A DNA stretch of 64,000 nucleotides from Octopus vulgaris (GCA_951406725.2 OX597834.1:36828001-36892000), one strand, 5' to 3'. Numbered from the stretch's first letter, positions 25,595 to 40,699 are shown. Notes: generated from the letters alone by a model not told the origin. A program made the numbers and translations.

Positions 25595-26180
25595 TTTTCC
25601 AACAGAAGAATACAGTATAATTTCCTTCTTTGTATATTTTTTATTACAATCCACCACGTAGAACATCTTATCAGGCCTTTTCAGCATTTACCCTTTAAAC
25701 GCCCCCAATCTCTCTATCTCCATAGAATATGAATATATTAATATTAACCTTCTTGATGATACTATAGATTTAACAACAGAACTGCACAAACCGTATATTA
25801 AACGAATGAGGTGCTCAATGTATGTGAGATAAAATTCTAATCACCCTAGAACCATCAAAGGTTCTATCGTAAAAAATATATGAACTCGTATTTCGAGGCT
25901 TTCTGCTAATAAGGTTGTATTTGCACAAAATAGAAATTTCTATAACCACGCATTATCTAAAGTTGGTGAAAAGGGCAAAATTTATTATATCTAGAATCAA
26001 AACACTAATAAAATTCCTGGTAATAATAGGATATTAAATATGATGAAACTTGATAGTGACTGCAATAAAAATAAACATATCAAGCAATCAAACTTACGTA
26101 AGGTAAGTAATTGTAAGAATAATGACACAAATAAGATTGGTAAAAACAGGAAGTATTGAAGAGAGACATATTACTATTAT

Positions 26181-26582
26181 ACTCTTTTACTTGTGTCAGT
26201 CATTTGACTGCGGCCATGCTGGAGCACTGCCTTTAGTCGAGCAAATCGACCCCGGGACTTATTCTTTGTAAGCCCAGTACTTATTCTATCGGTCTCTTTT
26301 GCCGAACCGCTAAGTGACGGGGACGTAAACACACCAGCATCGGTTGTCAAGCAATGCTAGGGGGACAAACACAGACACACAAACATATACACACACACTT
26401 ACATATATATACATATATACGACAGGCTTCTTTCAGTTTCCGTCTACCAAATCCACTCACAAGGCACTGGTCGGCCCGGGGCTATAGCAGAAGACACTTG
26501 CCCAAGATGCCACGCAGTGGGACTGAACCCGAAACCATGTGGTTGGTTAGCAAGCTACTTACCACACAGCCACTCCTGCGCC
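26181..26582 (-). mobile_element. SINE family A, full-length
   Basis: Near-identical reverse complement of 59360-59777. Confidence 0.9.
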
Positions 26583-26607
26583 TATATCTTTAATATTTCT
26601 GTGTGAA

Positions 26608-26924
26608 GGTGCGTGGCTTAGTGGTTCGGGCATTCGGCTCACGATCGCAAGGTCGTGAGTTCAATTCCGGGTGACGCGTTGTATCCTTGAGCAAGACACT
26701 CTATTCACGTTGCTCCAGTCCACTCAGCTGGCAAAAATGAGTAGTGCCTGTATTTCAAATGGGCCAGCTTTGTCGCACTGTGTCACACTGAATCTCCCCG
26801 AGAATTACGTTAAGGGTACACGTGTCTGTGGAGTGCTCAGCCACTTGCACGTTAATTTCACGAGCAAGCTGTTCCATTGATCATATTAGCTGGGACCCGC
26901 GCCGTCGTAACCGACGGGGTGCCC
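26608..26924 (+). mobile_element. tRNA-derived SINE family D (CORE-like CCTTGAGCAAGACACT)
   Basis: GGTGCGTGGCTTAGTGGTT...GAGTTCAATTCC head; 3' part recurs at 62630-62840; head remnant at 33005-33117 (minus). Confidence 0.85.
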
Positions 26925-26946
26925 CTTTAATATTTCTGCTTTTAAA

Positions 26947-27130
26947 GGCGGTGAGCTGGCATTATCGTTAGCACGCAGGGCAAAATGCTTAGCGACATTT
27001 CGTCCGCCTTTACCTTCTGAGTTCAAATTCCGCCCAGGTCGACTTTGCTTTTCTTCCCTTTCGGCGTCGATAAAATAAGTACCTGTGGAGTGGTGGGGTA
27101 AATTTGCTGGCCTTGTGCCAAAATTCGAGA
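26947..27130 (+). mobile_element. SINE family B
   Basis: Homology. Confidence 0.8.
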
Positions 27131-27315
27131 TCAATATTTCTGTCTCTAAATATGCAGGTACAATAGAAACGCCCGTCGACAATATATGGTGTAATCATCA
27201 ATTGAAGATGTGTTTTTATCTCCATTCTTATTCTTGTCTTGTACTCCAAATTACATGAAATTCTTCAAAGCGATTTTTCGATTTACTTGGCATAAACGAC
27301 AAATTACCTTGGATA

Positions 27316-27469
27316 CTCTCTTTTACTCTTTTACTTGTTTCAGTAATTTGACTGCGGCCATGGTGGAGCACAGCCTTTAGTCGAGCAAATCGACTCTGGG
27401 ACTTATTCTTTGTAAGCCCAGTACTTATTCTATCGGTCACTTTGGCCGAACCGCTAAGTGACGGGGACA
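27316..27469 (-). mobile_element. SINE family A, 3' part
   Basis: Homology to the tail half. Confidence 0.85.
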
Positions 27470-27603
27470 ATATTATTTGTTCTTCTTGAAATTTTTGGAA
27501 CCTGGTTGTTGGATATTGTTAACCAAATTCGTTTAACACTGAGTGCTCTCTGGGCATCTACCCGGATTTATTAATCCCTTTTGCTTCTTATTATACATAC
27601 ACA

Positions 27604-27759
<156 letters not shown>

Positions 27760-27848
27760 TGAAGTCATATAAGCACACTTACTAAGCTGATCTGTTACGT
27801 AAGATTAATCTTGAGGATCCGATCAAAGACTTTGCAATAAAAAAAAAA

Positions 27849-28008
27849 GCGGAGTGGCTGTGTGGTAAGTAACTTGCTTACCAACCACATGGTTACGGGT
27901 TCAGTCCCACTGCGTGGTACTTTGGGAAAGTGTCTTCTACTATGGCCTCGGGCCGACCAAAGCCTTGTCAGTGGATTTGGTAGACGGAAACTGAAAGAAA
28001 CCCGTCAT
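27849..28008 (+). mobile_element. SINE family A, 5' half
   Basis: Homology; interrupted at its internal TA site by the opposite-strand copy. Confidence 0.85.
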
Positions 28009-28012
28009 ATAT

Positions 28013-28436
28013 ACTCTCTCTTTACTCTTTTACTCTTTTACTTGTTTCAGTCATTTGACTGCGGCCATGCTGGAGCACCGCCTTTAATCGAGCAACTCGA
28101 CCCCGGAACTTATTCTATTGTAAGCCCAGTACTTATTCTATCGGTCTCTTTTGCCGAACCGCTAAGTGACGGGGACACAAACACACCAGCATCTGTTGTC
28201 AAGCAATGCTATGGGGACAAACACAGACACACAAACACACACACGCATACATATATATATATATACATATATACGACGGGCTTCTTTCAGTTTCCGTCTA
28301 CCAAATCCACTCACAAGGCATTGGTCGGCCCGAGGCTATAGTAGAAGACACTTGCCCAAGGTGCCACACAGTGGGACTGAACCCGGAACCATGTGGTTGG
28401 TAGACAGGCTACTTACCACACAGCCACTCCTGCGCC
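28013..28436 (-). mobile_element. SINE family A, full-length
   Basis: Homology to other A copies. Confidence 0.9.
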
Positions 28437-28451
28437 TATATATATGTATAT

Positions 28452-28522
<71 letters not shown>

Positions 28523-28523
<1 letters not shown>

Positions 28524-28652
28524 TTAACTTTAAAAAAAATGAACGTTTAGTTTAATGGCCTACCAATGTATACTATGAGTTTCTTTGCCCTAGGAGTCGG
28601 GAAGACACTCGGCAAGAAATGGAAGCAAATTTGAAAGAAAAATAAAATAATA
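28523..28652 (+). mobile_element. 3' UTR-only fragment of the same R4/Dong-like family, in (TAA)n
   Basis: GTTTAGTTTAATGGCCTACCAATGTATAC...CGGCAAGAAATGGAAGCAAATTTGAAAGAA shared with 46710-46780. Confidence 0.8.
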
Positions 28653-28656
28653 ATGT

Positions 28657-28692
<36 letters not shown>

Positions 28693-28891
28693 CTTTTATT
28701 TGCCAACAGGGTGAAGGTTGAGAGGGGCGATACAAAGGCAGACATAACAACACGTTCTTACATTGACACAAAGTCAGAAATTTGTAGGGAACAGTTTAGT
28801 CGACTCGATTAATTTCAACTCCTTTAGGAGAGAGGATGGGTGGAGTCGGAACAGACATACAGACAGACAGATACCCCCACACACAAACACA

Positions 28892-28945
<54 letters not shown>

Positions 28946-29172
28946 CATGCGTGTATATGCGTGTATGTGTGTGTGTGTGTGTATGTGTGTGTGTGAGTGT
29001 GTGTGTATAAAGAGAGACACAGAGAGAGGAGTGTGGAGAACCATACGCTCTCACAACATACATTTACATACAAACCCAAACATACACCACACACACAAAC
29101 ACACACACACACACACACACAATTTTGAGATGCGATTAACTTTTAAGTGATAATTAATGGATTTTAAGTAGC

Positions 29173-29490
<318 letters not shown>

Positions 29491-29830
29491 AGAGGTTTGT
29501 GTGGCGATGTTGATGGATGACGATGTTGGTGCGATAGGGGGGAGGTTGCAGAGAGAACAGACCCCGGGGGTGGACAGGCAGTGAGTGGGTTGCGAGGAAG
29601 GTGTTAAGAAGGGGAAGGACAGTGATGGTGGTGGTGGTGGTGGTGGTGGTAGCGGTGGTAGTGAGGGCGTTGATGTTACTGAAGATGGGAGTACTGGAAG
29701 TAATTAATGGCAAATGACGATGGCGACGACGACGATGATGATGATGTGATGATGATGGGGATGATGATAGTAATTATAACGATGATGGAAATGATATGGT
29801 CGTTAATGATGGTAATGATGTAGATCACGG

Positions 29831-29905
<75 letters not shown>

Positions 29906-29959
29906 GTTTGTCGCCACTTATATATATCAGGCTCTCTCCTTATACACATGCACACACAT

Positions 29960-30115
29960 ATATACGATGGGCTTCTTTCAGTTTTTGTCTTCCAAATCCA
30001 CTCACAAGGCTTTTGTCTGTCGAAGGTTATAGTAGAAGACACTTGACCAAGGTGCCACGCAGTAGGACCGAACCCAGAACCATGTGGTTGGAAAGCAAGC
30101 TTCTTACCCCACACA
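29960..30115 (-). mobile_element. SINE family A, 5' half
   Basis: Homology. Confidence 0.8.
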
Positions 30116-30154
30116 CCCACTCCATATATACATGTGTCTCCACACACACACATA

Positions 30155-30374
30155 TGAGCTGGCAGAAATGTTAGCACGCCGGGCGAAATGCGTAGCTGTA
30201 TTTCGTCTGCCGCTACGTTCTGAGTTCAAATTCCGCCGAGGTCGACTTTGCCTTTCATCCTTTCGGGGTCGATAAATTAAGTACCAGTTACGTACTGGGG
30301 TCGGTCTAATCGACTTAATCCGTTTGTCTGTCCTTGTTTGTCCTCTCTGTGTTTAGCCCCTTGTGGTAGTAAAG

Positions 30375-30377
<3 letters not shown>
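30155..30377 (+). mobile_element. SINE family B, full-length
   Basis: Homology. Confidence 0.9.
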
Positions 30378-30409
<32 letters not shown>

Positions 30410-31364
30410 ATAGAACCTGATATGTATCATAGAGACAGACAGACAGACAGACAGATAGATAAACGCCTTTTTTCTCCTTTCTTTCTTTCTCTTTCTCCTC
30501 TCACCCCTCTCATTTCCTCCTTCTCCACGCATTCAAAGACCTCTTTACTCACATTTATAATCACAAATAGTAAATAAATATAAACTCATGTTTATAATGT
30601 TTATTTTTTTTTTCTACGTTATCATATTTTGTTTGTTTTCTGCTTTCCTTTTCTTTCTTCTTTTCTCCCTTCCTTCTTTACTCCCCTCCCCCCTTAACCA
30701 CGTCTATCTCTTCTCCACTCCTCCTCTCTATCCCTTCTCCACTCCTCCTCCCTTTCTATTAATCCTGCTTTCATCGCTGTCCTTCACACATCTTTCACTG
30801 CTCTTCGCTCTTTCTTGTATTTTTTTATCCTTACTCCTACGCACGTACACATACTCAAACCACATAAACACATACACACACACGCACGCACGGGTGCAAC
30901 ATACACACACATACGCACGCGCGCAACACATACACACATACGCACGCGCACACACATACACGCAAAAACACACAGCTTATACATACGCACCTGCACACTT
31001 ATAACTACACACGCACACACACACACACGCCCTCAGACAAAAACGCGCAAACACATGCATGCATGCGTGCAGGCAAACACACATACATACATACATACAT
31101 GCATACACACATACACACATACATACATACATACATACATATATACATACATACATACATGCATACATACATGCATACATACATACATTCATACATACAT
31201 ACACACACACACATACATACATACATACATACACCGTCAGCACATATACTTACGCCACTACACGCACACACAAACACACTTGGACAAAATCACGCACATG
31301 CATGCATGCATGCGCGCAAGCACACACTTTACACGCGCGCCTTCATACACATGATTACACACGT

Positions 31365-31395
<31 letters not shown>

Positions 31396-33533
31396 TGCAC
31401 ACACGCACGCGCGTACATGCATGCATGCATGCACGCAAACACATACAGCTTATACATACACACCTACAAACTCATGACTACAAACACGCACAAACACACT
31501 CAGACAAAAGCACGCACATATGCATACATGCGCGCAACCACACATACACTCAACACGCGCCTTCATGCACATGTCTACACATACACAAACACACTCACAA
31601 CACACTCACTCACTCACTCACTCAAACACACACACACACACACACGACCCTCCATACGCACAAATATACATTTTATGACTTTATGACTTAGTACCTTCAT
31701 ATTGTTTAAACCCAGGACAGTCCTGGTTCATTAAACAGATATGTAATCAAATACGTTTCTGTCTTGACCACTTCCTCTTTTATTCAGGAATGATACACCT
31801 AAGACTATATCATATAATGTGCTAATTAAAACAATCATCATTGCTGACAATTGTGGTTGTACATGATAAAATTCAACCTTAATTTAGCAGATCTCTGATC
31901 AAGGGCATTCCATCCGTGACCATAACGTATTTTATTCAACCTTAATTTAGCAGAATTCTGACCATAACGTATTTTATTCAGACAGTATCTCTGGAAGTAC
32001 ATCATCATTGGAAAGAAAAAAAACCCTATTATTTCATACCCGTGGCGTGTCCTAGCAGCCTAATCAATTCTAGATCAGTTAAGGAAGAATCGGAAGTTTT
32101 GAATTTTAAATCGAAGAGTAGAATAATTGGGATGGCCTTTTGAATATACATATTTAATATTTCTTTTTTCTTAAATATTATAGTCTTATAATTTCTAATC
32201 AGAGGTAGCTTTGTAGAGCATCGTTTCATCCTTATTTAAAGCTGCCAGAATGACATAACCCGAAGCAAATATTTTACACTAGATTAAACATTTTACGAAG
32301 CGTAGCATTTCATATGGAGAGAAAATGATTTATAGTTTAAAAGGCATTTATAGGATGTATGATATTTTTTCGTTTTTCTCATCAGAAGTCGTTGATAGTT
32401 CTGCAACTAAGCGTAAACAGAAGGAAATTCCTGGCATACAGGTTAATATTTCTTGAGAGAATATTTGGTTTGCTATTTTTATCATGTTGAATGACTACGT
32501 AGAAGCGCAGCGCTGACTTATGGGAATTAATCGCTGTCGTTAATGTATATATTGATCAATATTGATCCAATTGAGTCAAAAATCAAATAACATTCCATTG
32601 ACTTGCTAGATCCTGTCTATGAGTCACTTTTGCTTGCCATCGGGTCAACCCTAATTGTGTAGCCCCATGATGGTCGACGCTCCAACCACGACAATCCAAA
32701 ATCCACAACAGTGATTATGATGATATAATCAATAGTAGTAGTAGTAGAAGAAGGAAGAAGAGGAGGAGGAGGACATGAGCTGTACACAGCGCATGGTGGC
32801 AGCCACCATTTGTTGGTGGTCCCTACTTCTCCTGGCGACAACCCTCCAACCCATGGGTCTCATTTTGGGTAGTCATTGCTGGTAAGGGTTTTACGGGGTC
32901 AGAGTGCAAATCCTACCTCGACCTCTCTTAATCGCCTTTTACGACACGCAGAGGAGACGTTGAGGGTATTCTTTGGCATGTCGGGACCCACACATTACAT
33001 GCTCAATGAGAAATGAAACTGTTTTGATCAAGAACACAACAAATCGCCCGGTGCGGAAATCGAACCAACAACCTGGCGGTCGTGAGTGCAACTCCTGAAC
33101 ACTAAGCCACGCGCCCGCCTTCAGTGATTACATTTTTTTAATGCAATGATTAGGTTGAATTGAGTTAGGTTTCCCAGCCATTTCTAGCACAAGCTAATCT
33201 CTTGATGGTGTCCATGAATGAGTTAGTAAGTAATCCAATCGGTAAATGTGAACTTTAGCGTTCCAACGTTTATCATTTGTTTTGTTTGTGCGTGCTTTCA
33301 TTGCATTGTATGGCATTCAATAAATAGTTCGCCAATTAGCCATAAAGACTCTCACTTTCGTATGGAACAAAGTGAGATTAAGCATAGACGCGCGCAAACA
33401 CACACGCAAATATATTTGTTGAAATACGTTTTCTTTTTCCGGCAGAGTCTAGCTAGACATGCCTATTGATCACGTATTACATGTGTGTGCGTGTATGTGT
33501 GTGTGTGCATGTGTACATACATACATACATACA

Positions 33534-33585
<52 letters not shown>

Positions 33586-33588
33586 GAC

Positions 33589-33621
<33 letters not shown>

Positions 33622-33725
33622 TGTAAGTGTGTCTGTATATATATATATATATATGTATGTGCATATATAAATATAGATGTATGTATATATAAATATACGT
33701 ATATATGTATATATATATATAAATA

Positions 33726-33762
<37 letters not shown>

Positions 33763-33788
33763 GTATATACGTATGTATATATATAAAT

Positions 33789-33837
<49 letters not shown>

Positions 33838-34458
33838 CACGTACACACAACCAAATAGATGAATAGAGAGAAATAGGGAAAGAGGGAGTGAGAGGGAGGA
33901 AAATGAAGAGGAGGCAGAGAGGCAATCCCTCCAGCCAGTGCTGGAGAATCAAGTAAAAAAAAAAACACACACACACATAAAGAAAGCAGATCTATAAACG
34001 TTAAGGAAGCATAAACATTCCTTTCATCATCACCTCATCATGGTCCCAGCATCACACACATGCCCCACCCCCACTCCACCCTCACCTCCATTTAGGGGGC
34101 ATCTGCGCTACTGTCACTCAATACGCCAGACATACACACAACCAGACATGCACATATAAAAACATATATACATACACACACGCATATATATATATATATA
34201 TATATACATGTGTATATACAGATATGTAAGTGTGTGTAGGTAGAGCTAACCATACACACACACACACACACTACACACACACACTGCACACACACACACT
34301 ACACACACACATACATATCTCGAGGTGAGCACCAGATGTCACAGAAACCATCATTTATTTGATGACCGCACGATCAGGGTTCAAACCACTGTGTTTCTTA
34401 TTTGTTTGCTTTTTTTCCATTTATTGACTCTGTGAAGTGTATATACACACATACAGAC

Positions 34459-34494
<36 letters not shown>

Positions 34495-34504
<10 letters not shown>

Positions 34505-35001
34505 TGTAGTTGTGTGAGTGTCTGTCCCCTTCGATTTAGATTCCTAACTACTCCCACATTTTGCGGTGCAGTTTAACCAAATTCGGGTATCTTATAGTCG
34601 TGATTCATATCAAGCCCGTCTGAGTATTAGCGCGCGTCTACGATGAGTCTGCGATTTTAAAAATAATTTAACATAATTTTTTATTCCATTTTAATGCATA
34701 ATTTTTCGTGTGTCGATGGCGGCGGAGTTGGCGTCCATGGTCACACCTGCACCTGTTTGCTTCTCCCCCTTCTTCCCTCCCTCGTGAAGCTGTGGGGAAG
34801 GGAGTGTAAAGAAATCAACGTCGTAAAGCGTTATCAAGGAGACCAGCGTTCTTTTAGAACAACGACTTCATGGCTTGAAGACACCAAAACAGAAATGGCT
34901 AAGAAAGCCCGAATTGGCATCTATAAGGGAAGTAACTCTCTAAAAATGCTTATATAGTTATTTCCCTTACAAACCCGAGCAACGCCGGGTGATACTGCTA
35001 G
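34495..35001 (+). mobile_element. Non-autonomous Helitron
   Basis: 3' GC hairpin CCCGAGCAACGCCGGG ~8 nt before terminal CTAG followed by T; 5' TATATAAAACTG..GTCTGTC start. Confidence 0.75.
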
Positions 35002-35046
35002 TATATATATATATTTATATTAATATTTATATGTATATATGTGTAA

Positions 35047-35102
<56 letters not shown>

Positions 35103-35111
35103 ATATATCTA

Positions 35112-35182
<71 letters not shown>

Positions 35183-35204
35183 ATAAATATATATATATAT
35201 CACA

Positions 35205-35502
35205 CGGGTTACTATAGCCACGGGCCAAACAAAGACTTGTGAGCGTATTTTGTAGACGGAAAGAAGCCCGTCATATATATATAGATGTGAGTGTTGACAT
35301 CTACCGTTTGACAACAGGTCTTGGTATATATATGTTCGAGTACGCTAGCGGCTCTGCAAAAGAGACCGATAGAATAAGTATTAGCTTTAAAAAAATATAA
35401 ATTTTTTTTTCAAAGAGCACAGAAGTTGATTCGATGGTCTAAAATACTTCAAGGTTGTGCTCCAGCGTGGCCGCAGTCAAATGACTGATACAAGTAAAAG
35501 TT
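35205..35502 (+). mobile_element. SINE family A, diverged, head missing
   Basis: Homology to body and tail. Confidence 0.7.
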
Positions 35503-35676
35503 AAATATCAAGAAAGTTGATTATAGCGAACCGGGGTAATAAAGCAAGAAATAATGTTTAAATAAATATATAAATAAAGAAATAAATAAGGCTAAGTGGT
35601 CGCTGACAGGAAAGGAAACCTGATCCTTTAGACATCAAGTTCGTACGGCATGATTCTGAGCCTCCAAACACGAAAG

Positions 35677-35708
<32 letters not shown>

Positions 35709-35907
35709 AAGACATACGCGTACACGTTCGTAAAAGAGATAACAAACGAGTTCTAGTTACTCTAATTTGGGGTCAAATAACAGTAATAATAATAATGATA
35801 ATAATAATTGCAGCGAACATTGAGGTTAAAGGTTAGTCGATTAAAAAAACCGACCCCAGTTGACCTCGGTCGGTTTTGGATTGAGAACGCAATATATATA
35901 TATATGA

Positions 35908-36134
35908 TGGCGACGAGCTGGCAGAAACGTTACCACGCCGGGCGAAATGCTTTGCGGTATTTCGTCTGTCGTAACGTTTTGAGTTCAAATTCCGCCGAGG
36001 TCGACTTTGCCTTTCATCCTTTCGGGGTCGATAAATAAAGTACCAGTTTTGCACTGGGATCGATGTAATCGGCTTAATTCGTTTGTCTGTCCTTGTTTGT
36101 CCCCTCTATGTTTAGCCCCTTGAGGGTAGTAAAG

Positions 36135-36138
<4 letters not shown>
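35908..36138 (+). mobile_element. SINE family B, full-length
   Basis: Homology. Confidence 0.9.
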
Positions 36139-36189
<51 letters not shown>

Positions 36190-36444
36190 TGGAAGAAATA
36201 CCATAATGTATGATAGAACATTGAGCTTTATTTGATTTTGCAAGCAGGGCCTCATATCAGTGAGTGGGGGCCGGTTCGCAATGATGCCGTCGCGAGGTAG
36301 GCCCTGAAATGGCGCGCATTCTCTCCTGATTACCCCGTATACTTGCTGGCTTCCGGTATGCAGAGCTTTCGACTGGAAGCGCTTGCGTGTGCAAGTTGTT
36401 TGCAAAATATGTCCAAGGACTCCAATGTTTCCGCGAACCTACAC

Positions 36445-37312
36445 TAATGCCTGAAATTATAGGGGAGGTGCCAGTCGATTAGATCGACCACAGTACGCAA
36501 CTGGTACTTAATTTAATGACCCCCTCCCTAAAGGATGAAAGGCAAAGTTGACCTCGGCGGAATTTGAACTCAGAATGTAAGGACGGGCGAAACACTGCCA
36601 AGCATTCTGCACGGCGTGCTAACGATTCTGCCAGCACGCTGCCTCCCGCCAACTTACTATAATAGTAGTAATAATTATCATTATCATCATCATCATCATC
36701 ATCATTATGATTATTATTACTATTCGGCGGAATTTGAACTCAGATCATGAAGACGGACGAAATGCCGCAAAACATTTCGCTCGGCATACTAACGAGTCCG
36801 CCAGCTCGCCGCCTTATCATTCTGCGAGCTCGCCAATAATTATTTCTTTATTGCCCACAAGGGGCTAAACGTAGAGGGGACAGACAAAGAGATTAATTCG
36901 ATTACATCGACCCCAGTGTGTAACTGGTACTCAATTTATCGACCCTCCAAAGGATGAAAGGCTTAGTCAAATTCCACCGAGGTCGACTTTGCATTTTATC
37001 CTTTCGGGGTCGATAAATTAAATACCAGTTGTGTACTGAGGTCGATCTAATCGACTGGCCCCTTCCCCAAATATTTCGGGCGTTGTGCCTAGAGTAGAAA
37101 AGAAAAGGATCGTTAGCACGCCGAGTGCAATGCCTACCATCATTTCGCCCAGCTTAACGTTCTGGGCCGAAATATCACCCGAGGTCGACTTCGCCTTTCA
37201 TCCTTTTTGTGATCGACGGAATAAGCACCCGTTGAGCACCGAGTTCCATGTCATAGACTTACAGACTTACACCCTCTTTCGAAATTGCTGGCCTTGTGCT
37301 GAAATTTGAAAC
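36445..37312. mobile_element. Cluster of five SINE B copies/fragments (minus: 36445-36645, 36725-36815, 36840-36965; plus: 36968-37100, 37108-37312)
   Basis: Homology. Confidence 0.8.
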
Positions 37313-37452
37313 CGATATTTTAATACATTTTTATATCTTTCTTCCTTTCTCAAATTCTCATTTACGTTATATATATCGCCATATTTATTTATTCATCCCC
37401 GAGTCCTTTGTCGCTGTATCGCCGTCTTTCTATCTTTCTCTCTTTCTTTCTC

Positions 37453-37489
<37 letters not shown>

Positions 37490-37639
37490 GTTCTTCCTTC
37501 CTTCCTTTCTTCCTTCCTTCCTTTCTTTCTTGATGGCGTAGAGGTAAAGGCGACGGCAGAAGAGTTTCTTGCAATAATTGACAGTTTTCCCACATCTTTT
37601 AGTGTACACCATCCTTGTACTTGCTTGTCTGCCCATTCC

Positions 37640-37680
<41 letters not shown>

Positions 37681-37854
37681 GTATAAGTGTGTATTATGTA
37701 TGTGCGTATGTATATATATGTGTGTGTGTTTGTGTGCGTGTGCTTTGTGTGCGTGTTCATACACTTGAAACCTAGATATGTTTTTAAATACATTAATGTC
37801 CTTTGGTACACTGAATTTTCAAGATGTCATGCTGTGTTCGGTTTAAAAAGAGGG

Positions 37855-37912
<58 letters not shown>

Positions 37913-37918
37913 GACACA

Positions 37919-37970
<52 letters not shown>

Positions 37971-38110
37971 TACATATGGTTTTATTATATATGTGCGTGT
38001 GGGTACTTCGCGTCTGCATGTGAATACATCTATAATGAAAATATATGAATATGTATGTATGAATATATAATTTCAAGTATATATATTTGTCTATGTATGT
38101 ACATATGTCT

Positions 38111-38143
<33 letters not shown>

Positions 38144-38399
38144 CATATATATATTGATGGAACATATATGTATAACTTTCGTTATATAAACACCAAAGTC
38201 CATTAAAACAAACATAAGATTTATGAGTTATCTCTTTGTGGAGTGATAAAAAAATAAATCTTAAATTTATTTTAATATTTGTCTCTGAAGTTGCATTCGA
38301 ATCAACAACGTTTGTATAACAGAATCCCCATCTCTCTTTCACTCTGTTATTTATTTAGATACATACTTGTATATACACACATACATACAGGCGTATATG

Positions 38400-38443
<44 letters not shown>

Positions 38444-38537
38444 ATCCAAACAAGAAAGCACAAAAAAAAACACAACAACGCGAGGACGTGGAACAAATAT
38501 AGTATTATTGGACGCTCAGGAAAGAAGGAAAGAAGGA

Positions 38538-38575
38538 GGGTTTAACGTTTCGAGCGGAGCTCTTCGTCGGAAACA
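38538..38575 (-). ncRNA. Minimal hammerhead-like motif (variant core CCGACGA) within a Penelope-like terminal fragment 38440-38607
   Basis: GTTT-CCGACGA-A-GAGC-TCC-GCTC-GAAA-CGT-TA-AAC. Confidence 0.5.
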
Positions 38576-38604
38576 TAGGAGAAGGAAAGATCCAGAGAAG
38601 GGAA

Positions 38605-38661
<57 letters not shown>

Positions 38662-38851
38662 GAAAAAAACACTATTATGCAATTCAAACAATGATAGTCA
38701 TAAACCAAATCATAAATAAAAAATACATTTTTAAAATATATAATTTATATATTATATATTATATATTTATATATTATATATTTATATTGTGAAATTTGAT
38801 GTAATACTAGATTGAATTCTTCCCTGTAAGTTTGGAGTTATATTCCCTATC

Positions 38852-39013
<162 letters not shown>

Positions 39014-39295
39014 TGTATGTATGTATGTATGTGTGTATGTATGTATGTATGAACACAGACATACAATCTGGAAAGAGACAAACGAAGATTTCTGTAATGT
39101 AAGATTTCGCTTGTATTCTTCACTAAGAACTGTATTCGATATAATTGCCGCGCCTAGAGTCATGTGGTATTGCTATAAAGTGCCGAAACAACGACAGTTC
39201 TTTAGAATAGCCACTGGATGAAGGGAAATTTGCTGTCTGTCTGTTAAGTGTTTTCAGTTTTTGCGCCGAGCTTTTTTTTTTTCGTTTAGATAGAC

Positions 39296-39353
<58 letters not shown>

Positions 39354-39497
39354 ACAGATAAATAAAGAGATAGCTAGATAGATAAATAGATAAATAGATA
39401 GATATTCTGAGAAAGAAAGAGAGAAAGGGAGACAGAGAAGGAGAACTGGACTGTTAAATGTCTTTGACTAAAGCCACCTAATCAGGAGGACACTGGC

Positions 39498-39541
<44 letters not shown>

Positions 39542-39611
39542 AATGATGATGATGATGATGATAATAATGATGATGATGATGATGATCATGATCATGATAA
39601 TAATAATAATA

Positions 39612-39652
<41 letters not shown>

Positions 39653-39837
39653 AATGATGATGATGATGATGATGGTGATAATAATGGTGATGATGATGAT
39701 GATGACGATGATGATGATGATATATGAAGTAAATACTGTATGATGTTTGTAATTACAGTTAAACAGCACATTGTTTTCTTCAGTGATGAGGTGAACGAGT
39801 GAGATCTTTTGAATTTGACGTATATTGGAAAACATAC

Positions 39838-39887
<50 letters not shown>

Positions 39888-40086
39888 AGGTATAAAATTA
39901 AAAATTCTACCGATTATTAATAAATTATAAATAAATGTCCTCAGTTTTAGAGTTCTATTTTCCTGTTTGCATAAACTAAACATTACAAATATATATACAT
40001 GCACGCATGCATAAATACATACAAGTACATATAGTTATGTACACACACACACACATACATACGTGTGTGTGTGTATTATATATATA

Positions 40087-40134
<48 letters not shown>

Positions 40135-40189
40135 TATATATATATATGTATACATATATATGTATATAAAGACACTCACGCGCTCAAAC

Positions 40190-40239
<50 letters not shown>

Positions 40240-40543
40240 ACACGTATATATTTATATATAATTATATATACGCTCATACACATATTTACATATATATATA
40301 GAGAGAGAGACATATATAAATATATCTAATTTCACTTATAAACAACCACTTTATTGTTGTAGTAAACAGAAATAAAAAAAATGGATGAAAAGTCATGCGC
40401 TAATGCTTCATACATTTCTATCGGTGCTCAGTGTATAAGTAGTCAAACTGATAGATTATATACAGTACACTCAACACACACACACACACATATATACACA
40501 CACGCACAGAGGCGCACTTATATGTTGCGTGTTTAAGTGTGTC

Positions 40544-40582
<39 letters not shown>

Positions 40583-40633
40583 TACATATTTTATATATGT
40601 ATGTATATGTATGCATGTTTGTTTGTATGTATG

Positions 40634-40688
<55 letters not shown>

Positions 40689-40699
40689 ATGTATACTTG

